Shown here one piece after another: positions 51,614-62,335 of a stretch of 64,000 nucleotides of DNA. The notes beneath the pieces were generated by a model that ran no database searches, was not told where the DNA came from, and saw only the letters and a program-made list of their open reading frames with translations. Source of the DNA: an uncultured Elusimicrobia bacterium (GTDB lineage: Bacteria; Elusimicrobiota; Endomicrobiia; DTEH01); assembly GCA_964561135.1 (NCBI GenBank), contig CAZLOB010000022.1:5718-69717 (forward strand). Reading direction: 5' to 3'. How positions within the stretch are numbered: the first letter of the stretch is position 1; each line of letters starts with the position of its first letter. The position numbers and the translations under genes are program-made.

Positions 51614-52735
51614 TTAAAAACGTTCTATTATATGAGATGGCCCTCCTCCTGATTCTATACCTTTTATTGCTAACATAAGTTCCTCTGGACTTGAAGCTGC
51701 TTGTAACGCATCTTCTAACGATACTAATCCTTTTTTGAATAATTCTAACAATGCTTGGTTAAATGTTTGCATACCGTAAATTTTTCCTTGTTTCATCAAG
51801 TTTATAATATCACCCAAATTTTTTTCTTCTATACATTTTTTAACAGCTGGAGTAACTACCAAAACTTCTACTGCAGGAATTAACCCTTTTTTATCTTTTC
51901 TTGGTAGCAATCTTTGAGAAATAATACCTTTTAAAGTATCGGCAAGTTGTAAACGTACTTGGTTCTGTTGGTGTGGTGGAAATATATCTATTATTCTATT
52001 TATTGTTTGAACTGCATCAACAGTGTGAACTGTTGAAAGAACAAGATGGCCAAGTTGTGCTGCAGTAAGTGCAGCTTGCATTGTTTCAAGATCTCTCATC
52101 TCTCCAATTAAAATTACATCCGGATTTTGTCTAACAACATGTCTTAATGCTGAAACAAAAGATGTTGTATCATAAGGCACTTCTCTTTGTGATATAATCG
52201 ACTTTTTATCTTTATATACAAACTCTATAGGATCCTCAATCGTTATAATATGTGCAGGACGTGTAGAATTGATATAATCGATCATACATGCAAGTGTTGT
52301 TGATTTTCCTGAGCCTGCAGGCCCTGTAACAAGAATAAACCCACGGACATTCTCTGCAAGTTTATAAACGACTTCCGGCAAATTTAGTTCTTCTCTATTT
52401 GGTATTTGGAAAGGTATACGTCTTATAGCTATATTTATTACACCACGTTGATAAAATATATTCATTCTTAAACGAGCAATATTCTCAAAATTGTATCCTA
52501 TATCACACTCTTTCTCTAATTCAAACCTTTTTTGTTGTTGTGGCGTAGTTATATAAAGAACAAAATTTTCAATATCTTCTTTAGAAAGTATAAATTGTTG
52601 ATCTTCAATTGGCTGTAATATTCCATTTATTCTAACATATGGTACACATTCACTTCTTAAATGTAGATCGCTAGCATTAGTTTCCAAAAATTTTCTTATT
52701 ATATTAAATATTTTTTCAATATTTTTATCACTCAT
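51614..52735 (-). CDS. pilT: type IV pilus retraction ATPase PilT-like (twitching motility ATPase)
   Basis: Walker A GPAGSGKSTT, Asp box, His box and PilT N-terminal domain. 373 aa. Confidence 0.85.
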   Translation of the reverse strand: MSDKNIEKIFNIIRKFLETNASDLHLRSECVPYVRINGILQPIEDQQFILSKEDIENFVLYITTPQQQKRFELEKECDIGYNFENIARLRMNIFYQRGVINIAIRRIPFQIPNREELNLPEVVYKLAENVRGFILVTGPAGSGKSTTLACMIDYINSTRPAHIITIEDPIEFVYKDKKSIISQREVPYDTTSFVSALRHVVRQNPDVILIGEMRDLETMQAALTAAQLGHLVLSTVHTVDAVQTINRIIDIFPPHQQNQVRLQLADTLKGIISQRLLPRKDKKGLIPAVEVLVVTPAVKKCIEEKNLGDIINLMKQGKIYGMQTFNQALLELFKKGLVSLEDALQAASSPEELMLAIKGIESGGGPSHIIERF

Positions 52736-52738
52736 AAA

Positions 52739-53851
52739 CTACCTCAACACACGTAATTTACCAGTTCTAAAAAACTTTTGTTGGATTTCTTTTTCTTCTA
52801 AAATAGCATCTTCTTTATCTACAACTATTTCGGTTTTGGTACGTAACGATCTTAATGTTTTTTTAGATTTTGTTTTTTCAACCATTTGGAACCCACTTGC
52901 GATAATCGTAACTTCAACTTTATCTTCAAAATCATTAGAATTTACATATCCTATATAAGTCACGACTTCTTTATCCATATAATGTTGTAAATATTCAAAC
53001 GCATTATAAACATCGTGCCCTGTTATATTTTTCCCACAAATATTTACTAACAAATTTTTTGCACTACGAATATCAAATTCTATAAATGGATTATTCATAG
53101 CATTTTTTATTGCTTTTTTTAAACAGCTTTCAGCACTTGCTTTTTCTACACCATACGACATAATTATCTGGCCTGCATTTTTTAATACATTTCTTGCATC
53201 AGCATAATCAACATTGACATACCCTGGTTGTGTCACAACTTTCCACATACTTAACACCGCTTTGTGTAAAACATCATCTGCTAATCTATATAAAACTTCA
53301 CCAAAACTTAAATTAGGATACATTTCTAAAAATTTATTGTTTGGTATAGTCAATAAAGCATCAACATATTTTTTTAATTCTGTGATTCCTGTAATTGCAT
53401 TATCCATTCTTATTTTTCCTTCGAAGTCGAAAGGTTTTGTTACAACAGCCACTGTTAAAACACCCAATTCTTTAGCCACTCTTGCAATAACAGGTGTTGC
53501 ACCAGTCCCCGTCCCTTTCCCCATACCACAGGTTAAAAACACCATATCTGTATGTGTCAATAAGTCACGAATTATATCTATTGATTCTTCCGCAGCCTGT
53601 TTCCCAACAAGCGGATCTCCTCCAGACCCTTGTCCTTTTGTAGTTTTTGGACCTATATGTATAACAATTGGCGCTTTTGACTCTTTTAAAGCTTGCAGAT
53701 CTGTGTTGATAGCGATCATTTCTACAGAAGGATCAATAAGACCAGCAGTAGCGATTCTATTTATAGCGTTCCCTCCTGCACCACCAATCCCCATTATTTT
53801 TATTCTTACAGGATATTTTTTTGTAACAATATTGTCATCCATAGAAATCAC
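52739..53851 (-). CDS. ftsZ: cell division protein FtsZ
   Basis: Tubulin signature GGGTGTG (GMGKGTGTGATP), 370 aa. Confidence 0.95.
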   Translation of the reverse strand: MISMDDNIVTKKYPVRIKIMGIGGAGGNAINRIATAGLIDPSVEMIAINTDLQALKESKAPIVIHIGPKTTKGQGSGGDPLVGKQAAEESIDIIRDLLTHTDMVFLTCGMGKGTGTGATPVIARVAKELGVLTVAVVTKPFDFEGKIRMDNAITGITELKKYVDALLTIPNNKFLEMYPNLSFGEVLYRLADDVLHKAVLSMWKVVTQPGYVNVDYADARNVLKNAGQIIMSYGVEKASAESCLKKAIKNAMNNPFIEFDIRSAKNLLVNICGKNITGHDVYNAFEYLQHYMDKEVVTYIGYVNSNDFEDKVEVTIIASGFQMVEKTKSKKTLRSLRTKTEIVVDKEDAILEEKEIQQKFFRTGKLRVLR

Positions 53852-55143
53852 TCCCCAAAAAAACTCCAGATTTTACGAAAGAAACCTTTTATCCCTTTTG
53901 ACTGTTTTTTCCCTTTAAAAGGTTTTTTTTGACTTTCTATTTCGTATTTTATCAAACTTATTGAAGTAGTATAAGAAAAATTAGAAATAATATCTTCATC
54001 TCCCACAATAGAACTCTCCATACCTACATTTCCTGCACGAACATCAATACTTTCTTCAAGATCACTATATTCACTTTTTAACAACTCACGTAACGCGTCA
54101 GTAATACCCACCAAATTTCCCCCACCACCTGCTAAAACAACATCTCCATACTGTAGTGCTAACTCAACATAATGAATTTTTTTCAACTCGGGGATAACAA
54201 TGTCTAAAAAAATCTTTTCAATAACTTCAGCAATAATTTTTGCTATTTCTTTTTTTGTTGTAGTTCTAATATTTTTACCATCTCTGGATGGTATCTCAAC
54301 TTGTTCATCTTTTTTCACTGATGACGGTTGTGCAACACCATAACGACGTTTTATATTCTCTGCTACATTCCAAGATGTTTTATAATAAGCTGCAATTTCT
54401 CTCGTTATAAGGTCCGCTCCTAAATCAATATCTTTACTTTGAAACTCTCTACAATATCTTATGCATCCACCTAAATATACCACAGTCCCTATTGATTGTC
54501 CACCAAAATCTATTACTAAACAACCTAAATTACGTTCTTCAGCTTCCGTAACCAACTGTGCTAAAGAAATTAAACCATAATGTAAATTATCAATTACATA
54601 ACCAGCTTCCGTAAAAGTTCGTTCTATGTTCCTTATAAAACTTGAATATCCAACAATTGCATAAGCTTTTACTTCTAGAATACTTCCTTCCATATTAACA
54701 GGATTTGAAATTCCAGGTTGACCATCGATAATATACTCTTGAGGTATAATATTCATTATTAAACGATCATTCGAAATTCTTAAATTTTTTACTGCATGTT
54801 CAATAACTTTTTCTTGATCTTCAAAAGTAATTGTTCGATCAGTTGAGGTAATAGGAATTTGTGCTGAAGTTTCATAAGTACTTACAAACGGCCCTCTCAC
54901 ACCAACAATAAGTTTTGTCCTTTCAACTTTTGCCATATCTTCTAATGATGAAATCAACTCGTTTATAAGAGCAGCACTTCTCTCAATATCTTTAATTACA
55001 CCTGCAGAAATTGCTTCTTTATCGACTAACTGTTTACCTGCAATAATTTCTATAATTTCTTGTTCAGGATCGTACTTTCCTAAAACACCTGTAACACAAC
55101 CTGAACCTATATCAACCCCACAATAAATTTCTTCTTTTGGCAT
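53848..55143 (-). CDS. ftsA: cell division protein FtsA
   Basis: Actin-like ATPase (VDIGSG, DFGGQS), 431 aa, ATGA-type overlap with ftsZ. Confidence 0.92.
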   Translation of the reverse strand: MPKEEIYCGVDIGSGCVTGVLGKYDPEQEIIEIIAGKQLVDKEAISAGVIKDIERSAALINELISSLEDMAKVERTKLIVGVRGPFVSTYETSAQIPITSTDRTITFEDQEKVIEHAVKNLRISNDRLIMNIIPQEYIIDGQPGISNPVNMEGSILEVKAYAIVGYSSFIRNIERTFTEAGYVIDNLHYGLISLAQLVTEAEERNLGCLVIDFGGQSIGTVVYLGGCIRYCREFQSKDIDLGADLITREIAAYYKTSWNVAENIKRRYGVAQPSSVKKDEQVEIPSRDGKNIRTTTKKEIAKIIAEVIEKIFLDIVIPELKKIHYVELALQYGDVVLAGGGGNLVGITDALRELLKSEYSDLEESIDVRAGNVGMESSIVGDEDIISNFSYTTSISLIKYEIESQKKPFKGKKQSKGIKGFFRKIWSFFGE

Positions 55144-55199
55144 TTTTATTCTCCAAAAAAGAAATTATTTAAAATTTTTAAATATAAAATTATTAAGTT

Positions 55200-55970
55200 T
55201 TATTCAATATATGCCTTTCCATAGGATAATAACTGTGTATAAATTCTTGTGTTTTTATCAAATTTATATTTTATCAATTTAGATAGCATCTCTTTTTTTA
55301 CATTCTCAAATTTTTTGTCAACAATAAAATAAAGAATACAATTATCTTCCTCTCCACGGACACAAACAACATATTTATTGTTTTCTTTTCTAATTTTTTC
55401 AACTTTATCCCAAACATTAGCTTCACTAAATTTTTGATAGATAATCTTTAATGTTGGAATATCCACTTCGCCTTCTATATATGGCAGTTTAGCTAAATTA
55501 ATTTTTCTAGCATCATAAACTTTATACCATTTTATATCACTGGACAGAAACAAAATTCCATCATCAATTCCCTTTTTGTAACCTATTGGAGAAAAAGTAT
55601 GAATTTTAATTTTTAAAGGTTTTGTTGGAAAAAACATAATTTTTATCTCTTTAATTTCAGGAAAAACTTTTTGTAGTTTAAGAATATTTTTTTTATAATT
55701 AAAAACATCAAGATGTTCCGCATTTAGTTGTTTATAAATAATTTCGTCTGGTACTGTTGATTTGTTCTCGCATAAGTATACTTTTTGTATTTTAAAAACT
55801 TCATACTTAAAAACTTCATACAAAGATTTAACTTTACTTATTTTATAAACAACAAAAATCAAAATTGTTAAACAAGCTGTAGCCAATAAAAATCTGAAAA
55901 CAATTTTAAATTTTTTCTTTTTCTTATTTTTTTTCTTTACCAAAATGTTGAATGAATAATATCTACTCAT
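55200..55970 (-). CDS. ftsQ: cell division protein FtsQ/DivIB (TM + POTRA)
   Basis: K-rich cytoplasmic N-terminus, single TM, POTRA-like region. Position between ddl and ftsA. Confidence 0.7.
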   Translation of the reverse strand: MSRYYSFNILVKKKNKKKKKFKIVFRFLLATACLTILIFVVYKISKVKSLYEVFKYEVFKIQKVYLCENKSTVPDEIIYKQLNAEHLDVFNYKKNILKLQKVFPEIKEIKIMFFPTKPLKIKIHTFSPIGYKKGIDDGILFLSSDIKWYKVYDARKINLAKLPYIEGEVDIPTLKIIYQKFSEANVWDKVEKIRKENNKYVVCVRGEEDNCILYFIVDKKFENVKKEMLSKLIKYKFDKNTRIYTQLLSYGKAYIE

Positions 55971-56925
55971 ATTTTTTAAATGACACGAAGACTATTTTTC
56001 TTACAAGCTCAGCAAAAGATATACCTTGATACTTAGCAGCTTCAGGCAATAAAGATGTCTCAGTCATACCAGGGACAGTGTTTACTTCTAACACATATGG
56101 TATTTTTTTTCTTTCATCAAAAATAGTATCTACTCTGCACAAAATTTCACACCCTATTAATTTTGCAGTTTTCAAAGCAATATTTTTAATTTTTTCATAT
56201 GAAATTTTATCAATTCTTGGTGGTATTAAATGTTGTGATCCCCCAGGCTGATATTTTGATTTATAGTCATAAAATCTGTTTAACTTTGGGATGATTTCTA
56301 TCAAAGGTAAAACTTCACCATCTAAAATAGGGACAGTTATTTCTTTTCCATTTATAAATTTTTCTATAATAATAACATTATCATACTTTAACGCATTTTT
56401 TACTGCAGGAATTAAATTTTTGTAATTATTCACGATAGAAGTGCCAATAGTTGAACCCTCACGTGCAGGTTTCACTACTAATGGAAAACCAAAATTTTTT
56501 TCTTTAACGAAATAAAAATTTTTTTCATCAATATCTTTTTTAATTTTAGAAAAGTTTAATACTTTAAAATCAGGTGTGGGTATTCCGTTATCTTTTAATA
56601 AAAGTTTTGTAAGATATTTATTCATTCCTATCATTGACGCTTCAACACCACAACCAGTATATTTAAGCCCTATATTCTCAAGTAACATTTGCAATTTACC
56701 ATCTTCACCAAATTTTCCATGTAATGCTATAAAAATAATATCGACTTTTTTCTTTTTTAATTTAAGTAATTGATTTACACAATGTTCTTTTTTAATATCA
56801 ATTAAAGAAACTTTAAAATCCTGCCATTTAGATAAGTTGTTAAACACAGCTTTACCAGTTTTCAAACTTATTTCTCGTTCAGAAGAGAAGCCACCACACA
56901 GTACCGCTATTTTGATCTTCCTCAT
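55963..56925 (-). CDS. ddl: D-alanine--D-alanine ligase
   Basis: ATP-grasp fold, 320 aa, motifs FIALHG and GEDG. Confidence 0.9.
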   Translation of the reverse strand: MRKIKIAVLCGGFSSEREISLKTGKAVFNNLSKWQDFKVSLIDIKKEHCVNQLLKLKKKKVDIIFIALHGKFGEDGKLQMLLENIGLKYTGCGVEASMIGMNKYLTKLLLKDNGIPTPDFKVLNFSKIKKDIDEKNFYFVKEKNFGFPLVVKPAREGSTIGTSIVNNYKNLIPAVKNALKYDNVIIIEKFINGKEITVPILDGEVLPLIEIIPKLNRFYDYKSKYQPGGSQHLIPPRIDKISYEKIKNIALKTAKLIGCEILCRVDTIFDERKKIPYVLEVNTVPGMTETSLLPEAAKYQGISFAELVRKIVFVSFKKYE

Positions 56926-57854
56926 TATAACTCTACCCCAACAAAAGTTATTTCAGGCTGAAGTTCAATTTTATATTTTTCTTTCACAACTTTGATAATA
57001 TGCCGGATAAGATTTACAAAATCTTCACAAGTAGCATTATTTTTGTTTATAATAAAATTTGCATGTTTTTCTGAAACACAAGCCCCACCAATTGAAAAAC
57101 CTTTTAGTCCAGCAGATTCTATTAACTTTGCAGCAGTAAGTTCTGTTTCATATGGATTTTTAAAGATACAGCCAGCGTTAAAAGTACCTAAAGGTTGTGT
57201 CTGTATACGTTGAAGTAAAGCTTCGTTAAGCCGTTTTTTAATTAATTCTTTATCTTCTTTTTTAAGGCGAAAATGAGCAGATACAACTACATACTTGTTT
57301 TGTAACCCACTATTTCTGTATCCAAAATCTATCTGTTCTTTATACAATTTTATTATTCCTTGTTCAGGATCATCAATTTTAACAACTTCAATATATTCTA
57401 AACAATCAGATATTGTAGCTGTTTTTGTTCCAGCATTCATTATTATAGCGCCACCAACACTACCCGGTATTCCAAAAAGTTCTTCTAATCCAGATAAAGA
57501 ATGTTCTACAGTTGTATTTATCAATGAAGGTAACATCGTGGCTGAATATGCAATAACTTTTTCTTCTTCTATATTTACTGTAGAAAAATCTTTCTTTAGT
57601 TTAATTACAACACCATCAAAACCTTTGTCAGAAACTAACAAGTTTGACCCTGCACCAATGACAAAAATTTTTTCGTTATAAAATTTTATTATGGATAAAA
57701 CATCAATAAGTTGCGATATATTTTCTACATAGACAAAATATTTCGCAGGACCACCTATGTTTAATGTTGTGTGTTTATTTAACTTTTCATTAAGAACTAC
57801 ATTAATATTATGTTTTTTAAATGTTGTTATTATCTTATCTCCCATAATATTCAA
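56925..57854 (-). CDS. murB: UDP-N-acetylenolpyruvoylglucosamine reductase
   Basis: FAD-binding PCMH domain (GAGSNLL) and MurB C-terminal domain. Confidence 0.9.
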   Translation of the reverse strand: MNIMGDKIITTFKKHNINVVLNEKLNKHTTLNIGGPAKYFVYVENISQLIDVLSIIKFYNEKIFVIGAGSNLLVSDKGFDGVVIKLKKDFSTVNIEEEKVIAYSATMLPSLINTTVEHSLSGLEELFGIPGSVGGAIIMNAGTKTATISDCLEYIEVVKIDDPEQGIIKLYKEQIDFGYRNSGLQNKYVVVSAHFRLKKEDKELIKKRLNEALLQRIQTQPLGTFNAGCIFKNPYETELTAAKLIESAGLKGFSIGGACVSEKHANFIINKNNATCEDFVNLIRHIIKVVKEKYKIELQPEITFVGVEL

Positions 57855-59223
57855 TTAATTTATCTGCAATTTTGTATACATCACCTGCACCTAAAGTTAA
57901 AACAACGCTATCTTCAGCTAAATTTTTTAGATAGTTTACCAATCTGTCAAAATTATACATTTCAACATTATAACCATTTTTTACAAACTCGTCATATACT
58001 AATTTTATATTCACTCCTTCTATTGGTTTTTCATTAGCAGGATATATTTGTACAAGGAAAACTTTATCTTTATGTGAAAAAGCTTTCGGAAATTCTTTAT
58101 AAAGAAGTTGTGTACGTGTGTATCTATGTGGTTGGAAAACAACAACTATTTTTTTATTATTTGTTTTTATTCTTAATGTTTGAAGAGTATAATAAATTTC
58201 GGTTGGATGATGACCATAATCATCATAAACATCAATTACCTTATCATCAATAGCTATTTGCCCTTTAAATTCAATTCTACGTTTTATACCATCAAAACTT
58301 TCCAAAGCAGATTTTATATCTGAAAAATTAAACCCGCAAACAATACCTAAAGAAATTGTTGCTAACGCGTTCAATACGTTATGAATACCAGTCGTATTTA
58401 ACAATACTTTCCCTACCAATTTGTCATTTTTATATACTACAAACCTTGAAAAATTTGGTTTTAACTCAATATTTTTTGCAACAAAGTCATTGTTTCCATT
58501 TTTTATTCCATAAGTGTAATATTTTCTTTTAATTTTAGGTAATAACGAACAAATTCTTTTATCATCTCCATAAAGAATACTAAAGCCATAAAACGGAACA
58601 GAATTGAAATGTTGTAAAAACGCTTGTTTTAGATTATTCATAGATCCATAGTTGTCTAAATGGTCATTATCTATATTTGTGCAAACAACAATATAAGGTG
58701 ACAGATGTAAAAAAGAGCCATCACTTTCATCCGCTTCAACAACAATAAATTTACCCTTTCCAATTTTTGCTGACGAACCAATGTTTTTTAATATCCCACC
58801 GACAACTATTGTGGGATCATATCCACATTGTTGTAGTAGTAATCCTATCATTGAAGTTGTTGTTGTTTTTCCATGTGTACCACAAATACTTATTGTATAT
58901 TTCATTCTTGCAATTTCTACTAACATTTCAATACGAGGAATCACAGGAATGTTTCTTTTCTTTGCAGCAACTATTTCAGGATTATTCTCTTTTATTGCCG
59001 TGGAATAAACAACAACATCTACATCATTAACATTAGTAGCTTTATGGCCAATAAAAACTTTTGCACCTAATTTTTTTAATCTCTCTATCACGACAGAATT
59101 TTTTATATCAGACCCTGAAACTTGATATCCCAAATTAAGCAAAACTTCTGCGATACTGCTCATCCCACTGCCACCAATACCAATAAGATGTACTTTTTTT
59201 ACTTTATTAAATATTTCCTCCAT
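57835..59223 (-). CDS. murC: UDP-N-acetylmuramate--L-alanine ligase
   Basis: GIGGSGMS N-terminal motif, Mur ligase central and C-terminal domains, 462 aa. Confidence 0.92.
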   Translation of the reverse strand: MEEIFNKVKKVHLIGIGGSGMSSIAEVLLNLGYQVSGSDIKNSVVIERLKKLGAKVFIGHKATNVNDVDVVVYSTAIKENNPEIVAAKKRNIPVIPRIEMLVEIARMKYTISICGTHGKTTTTSMIGLLLQQCGYDPTIVVGGILKNIGSSAKIGKGKFIVVEADESDGSFLHLSPYIVVCTNIDNDHLDNYGSMNNLKQAFLQHFNSVPFYGFSILYGDDKRICSLLPKIKRKYYTYGIKNGNNDFVAKNIELKPNFSRFVVYKNDKLVGKVLLNTTGIHNVLNALATISLGIVCGFNFSDIKSALESFDGIKRRIEFKGQIAIDDKVIDVYDDYGHHPTEIYYTLQTLRIKTNNKKIVVVFQPHRYTRTQLLYKEFPKAFSHKDKVFLVQIYPANEKPIEGVNIKLVYDEFVKNGYNVEMYNFDRLVNYLKNLAEDSVVLTLGAGDVYKIADKLIEYYGR

Positions 59224-59225
59224 TT

Positions 59226-59624
59226 TTATTTTGACTCTCTTTTAACTATAGTTTTAATACCACCACGAAGGTTAAACTCAAGTTCTACATACAACCATTT
59301 TGGTTTTAACAATTTATTTAAATCTTCAAAAATTTGGTTCACTGCGGACTCGTGTACAATATGTACATTGCGATAACTTTGAATGTAATACTTTAGAGAC
59401 TTTAACTCAACACATACTTTATTTGGTACATATTTTATTCTAAGTGTTGCAAAATCGGGAAGGTTATTCCATGGACATAAACATGTAAATTCTTGCGTTT
59501 CAATTTCTATTGTTATATCTTTCCCTTTATATTCGTATTCTAGTGGTATTAACAACTCTGGCGAAATTTTATCAAATTTCACTGACAAATTCTTTATTCT
59601 ATCATATAATTCTACTTTTTTCAT
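59226..59624 (-). CDS. queF: NADPH-dependent 7-cyano-7-deazaguanine (preQ0) reductase, type I
   Basis: 132 aa T-fold. QEFTCLCP (E(S/F)xxLCP) motif and downstream HESAV (His motif). Confidence 0.85.
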   Translation of the reverse strand: MKKVELYDRIKNLSVKFDKISPELLIPLEYEYKGKDITIEIETQEFTCLCPWNNLPDFATLRIKYVPNKVCVELKSLKYYIQSYRNVHIVHESAVNQIFEDLNKLLKPKWLYVELEFNLRGGIKTIVKRESK

Positions 59625-60817
59625 TAATTAAAAATTTCTGTTACAATAAATTTTAAATATTCTGTTTCATCTTTCATCGGAAAATATATAGGATGATCTT
59701 CTGATTGTGTCCCATAATATATTATAAAACCTTTTTGTTCGTTTTTCAACATAGAAGATAAAATCAACTCTTCTATATCTTCCAACGAAATGTGTCTACT
59801 GCACACAGAAAAAGCTAAAAGTCCGTTGTTTGTTAACAATTTCATAATCTGTGATAAGACAAATTTATATTTCTTTTTTGCAGGATTAACATCTTTATCA
59901 GATTTTGCATATGATGGTGGATCAAAAATTATTAAATCAAACTTTGTTTTATTCTCTTGGATGAAATCTTCAATTTTTGCGCAAACAAACTCAACTTTGA
60001 CTTTATTTATTTTAGCATTTTCTTTTGCAAGTTCTATCGCATATGAAGACGAATCTACACCAATAACATTCTTGCAACCTGATAAAGCACAAATTACACC
60101 AAATGAACCTGTATAACAGCATAAATCAAGAACATTTTTATCATTAGCGATACAAGATATATATTTTCTGTTTTCAAATTGATCATAATAAAAACCTGTT
60201 TTTTGCCCATTTAAAACATCAACAACAAATTTTGCATTCAAATGTTCAATAACAGTTATTAATTCATTAGTAATTTTATTTTTTGAATAAACAACTTCTT
60301 TATATTTTGGTGCGACTTCAAGTTCTCGTTGGTAAATATCGTTGTTTACAACAATAAATTTTGGATTAAAAATATCTATTAAACAACTAAAAATTTCGTT
60401 TTTAAACAACTCCATTGCATAAGAAAAAAACTGTATAACAAAAATATCTCCGTATCTATCTATTACTACACCCGGTAAAAAATCACTCTCTCCATAAACA
60501 ATTCTACAGTACTTTATATTTATTCCATACTTCTTTCTTCTTTCTATTGCATTCTTTATTCTTTTATAAAAAAAATCTTTATTGATTTTTTCCTCTCTTC
60601 TTTGTGAAAGAATACGAATAGAAATTAAAGAATGTGGATTATATACACCTTTACACAAAAAATTATCTTTGTGATCATATACTTCGACAAAAGAAATTTG
60701 TTTTGTTAAGTTTTTATGTTCAATTTCATTAGAAAAAATCCATAAGTATCCATTTTTAACTCTGTTTTTAAATTGTTTTGAAACTTTAATTTTTATAGGT
60801 TCAACATAATTATTCAT
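59624..60817 (-). CDS. rlmI: class I SAM-dependent rRNA methyltransferase with N-terminal PUA-like domain (RlmI/RlmK-like, 23S rRNA m5C)
   Basis: PUA-like N-terminus, EEHD-like middle, Rossmann MTase ([20 protein letters not shown]). Confidence 0.75.
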   Translation of the reverse strand: MNNYVEPIKIKVSKQFKNRVKNGYLWIFSNEIEHKNLTKQISFVEVYDHKDNFLCKGVYNPHSLISIRILSQRREEKINKDFFYKRIKNAIERRKKYGINIKYCRIVYGESDFLPGVVIDRYGDIFVIQFFSYAMELFKNEIFSCLIDIFNPKFIVVNNDIYQRELEVAPKYKEVVYSKNKITNELITVIEHLNAKFVVDVLNGQKTGFYYDQFENRKYISCIANDKNVLDLCCYTGSFGVICALSGCKNVIGVDSSSYAIELAKENAKINKVKVEFVCAKIEDFIQENKTKFDLIIFDPPSYAKSDKDVNPAKKKYKFVLSQIMKLLTNNGLLAFSVCSRHISLEDIEELILSSMLKNEQKGFIIYYGTQSEDHPIYFPMKDETEYLKFIVTEIFN

Positions 60818-61631
60818 ATACTAACCAAAATTCTGATGATGTCAAATCAATTTTGTTTTTTAGAAACTCGTATGCATTAGCTTTGTTTATTGCAACTTCA
60901 ATATATCCGATAGAATTAACGTATGCTAAAAATTCTTTTTCTTTTACATCTGCATAACATTTTTTAATTTTGGCCTTAAACATAGGTTTATTTTTATAAC
61001 AAATTGTAAGATAATATCTCTCAATTTTGTTTTTATTTAATACTTCTTCAGGTAAAGATGTAATGATATTCCCGAAACTATCACTAAAAAGATATTTTCC
61101 AACAACAATTTTTTTATTACCAAGTTTTTTTATTTCATAAGAAAAGTTTTGTAGTGTTATAATTTTTGATTTTTCAAATTTTTCACAAATTTTTTTAATA
61201 GGCACATTTTTAGATATATAAGCACCTACAGGTGAAAAAATATCCCGTCCATGGAAAGTATTACTTATTTTAGGTAAAAAAAATTTTGTGTTAACTATTT
61301 TATAAACTGAATAATTTTTTTCTTTATCTATCACTTTTGTTATTAATCCATTATTGGGTACAATAAAAACATAAAATCTTGTCTTTATCAAAAGTATTTC
61401 TCTTTCACTTCCTACTCCAGGGTCAACTACACATACAAAAATACTTCCTCTCGGAAAAAACTCATAAGATTTTGCAAGGATAACTGATGCTTGTAGAACA
61501 TTTTGTGGTGCAATATTATGACAAAGATCAATTATTTCTGCATTAGGATTTATCTTTTTAATTACTCCTTTCATTTGGCCAATATAAAAGTCGTTATTGA
61601 AATCTGTCAACAAAACAATAGGCCTTTTCAT
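60810..61631 (-). CDS. SAM hydroxide adenosyltransferase family protein (DUF62; fluorinase/chlorinase-like SAM hydrolase)
   Basis: N-terminal LLTDFNNDFYIGQMKGVI motif and VVDPGVGSER, typical of the DUF62/SalL/FlA fold. 273 aa. Confidence 0.75.
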   Translation of the reverse strand: MKRPIVLLTDFNNDFYIGQMKGVIKKINPNAEIIDLCHNIAPQNVLQASVILAKSYEFFPRGSIFVCVVDPGVGSEREILLIKTRFYVFIVPNNGLITKVIDKEKNYSVYKIVNTKFFLPKISNTFHGRDIFSPVGAYISKNVPIKKICEKFEKSKIITLQNFSYEIKKLGNKKIVVGKYLFSDSFGNIITSLPEEVLNKNKIERYYLTICYKNKPMFKAKIKKCYADVKEKEFLAYVNSIGYIEVAINKANAYEFLKNKIDLTSSEFWLVYE

Positions 61632-62335
61632 TTTATATAATACAAGGTCCTGTGTAACTGAGGAATTATATGTATTGATGGTACATATCTTTTTGCTTTC
61701 CTAAAAATTTCAACAAGATTAAAAAAAAGTTTTCTATTTCTTTTTTTTAATGCTGAAGTTTCCGGCTGTAATACCAAAATTTTTGGTTTTGCATTTTTTA
61801 AAAGATGACAAATTTTTTTTAATGTATTTTTTTTATACCACGCTCTCCCACAAACCACCATCTTTATAAAAAACTTCTTATTTTTATTCTTACATAAACT
61901 AATAACTTTTTCAGCTTCACGCAGTGTATTTTTTTTATTTAAATCATCATCTGGAATTTTGACATTAACTGCGCAAACATCTATAAGATCTATTATTTTT
62001 TCAAATTGGTTTAATGATGAAGCATTTGTTTCTAAATAAATTTTTACTCTACAATTTTTTATAATCTCTTTTATAAAAAACGGTAGATCTTTTTGTAGCA
62101 AAGGTTCACCACCTGTTAAACTTATAAACTCAGGTCTATATTTTTTAACATATTCCAAAACTTTTTTAACAGCAACATTTAATTCAACTTTATCCTTTGA
62201 TGAAACTTTTTTTGCATATTTTGTATCACAATAACAACAACTAAGATTACATCCTGCAAACCTTACAAACACCGTTGGGCAACCAATATAAGGACCTTCA
62301 GCTTGGTAAGAAAAGAAAATTTCTTTAATGTTCAT
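61628..62335 (-). CDS. queE: 7-carboxy-7-deazaguanine synthase (radical SAM)
   Basis: Radical SAM-type Cys cluster CxxxCxYC (RFAGCNLSCCYCDT) near the N-terminus, compact QueE length. Confidence 0.85.
   Translation of the reverse strand: MNIKEIFFSYQAEGPYIGCPTVFVRFAGCNLSCCYCDTKYAKKVSSKDKVELNVAVKKVLEYVKKYRPEFISLTGGEPLLQKDLPFFIKEIIKNCRVKIYLETNASSLNQFEKIIDLIDVCAVNVKIPDDDLNKKNTLREAEKVISLCKNKNKKFFIKMVVCGRAWYKKNTLKKICHLLKNAKPKILVLQPETSALKKRNRKLFFNLVEIFRKAKRYVPSIHIIPQLHRTLYYIK

Noticed and set aside
53214-53918. 234-aa ORF on the + strand antisense to ftsZ
   Set aside because: Lies entirely within the well-supported ftsZ CDS. Its Gly/Pro/Thr-rich composition mirrors the ftsZ GGGTGTG codons. No RBS or homology support.
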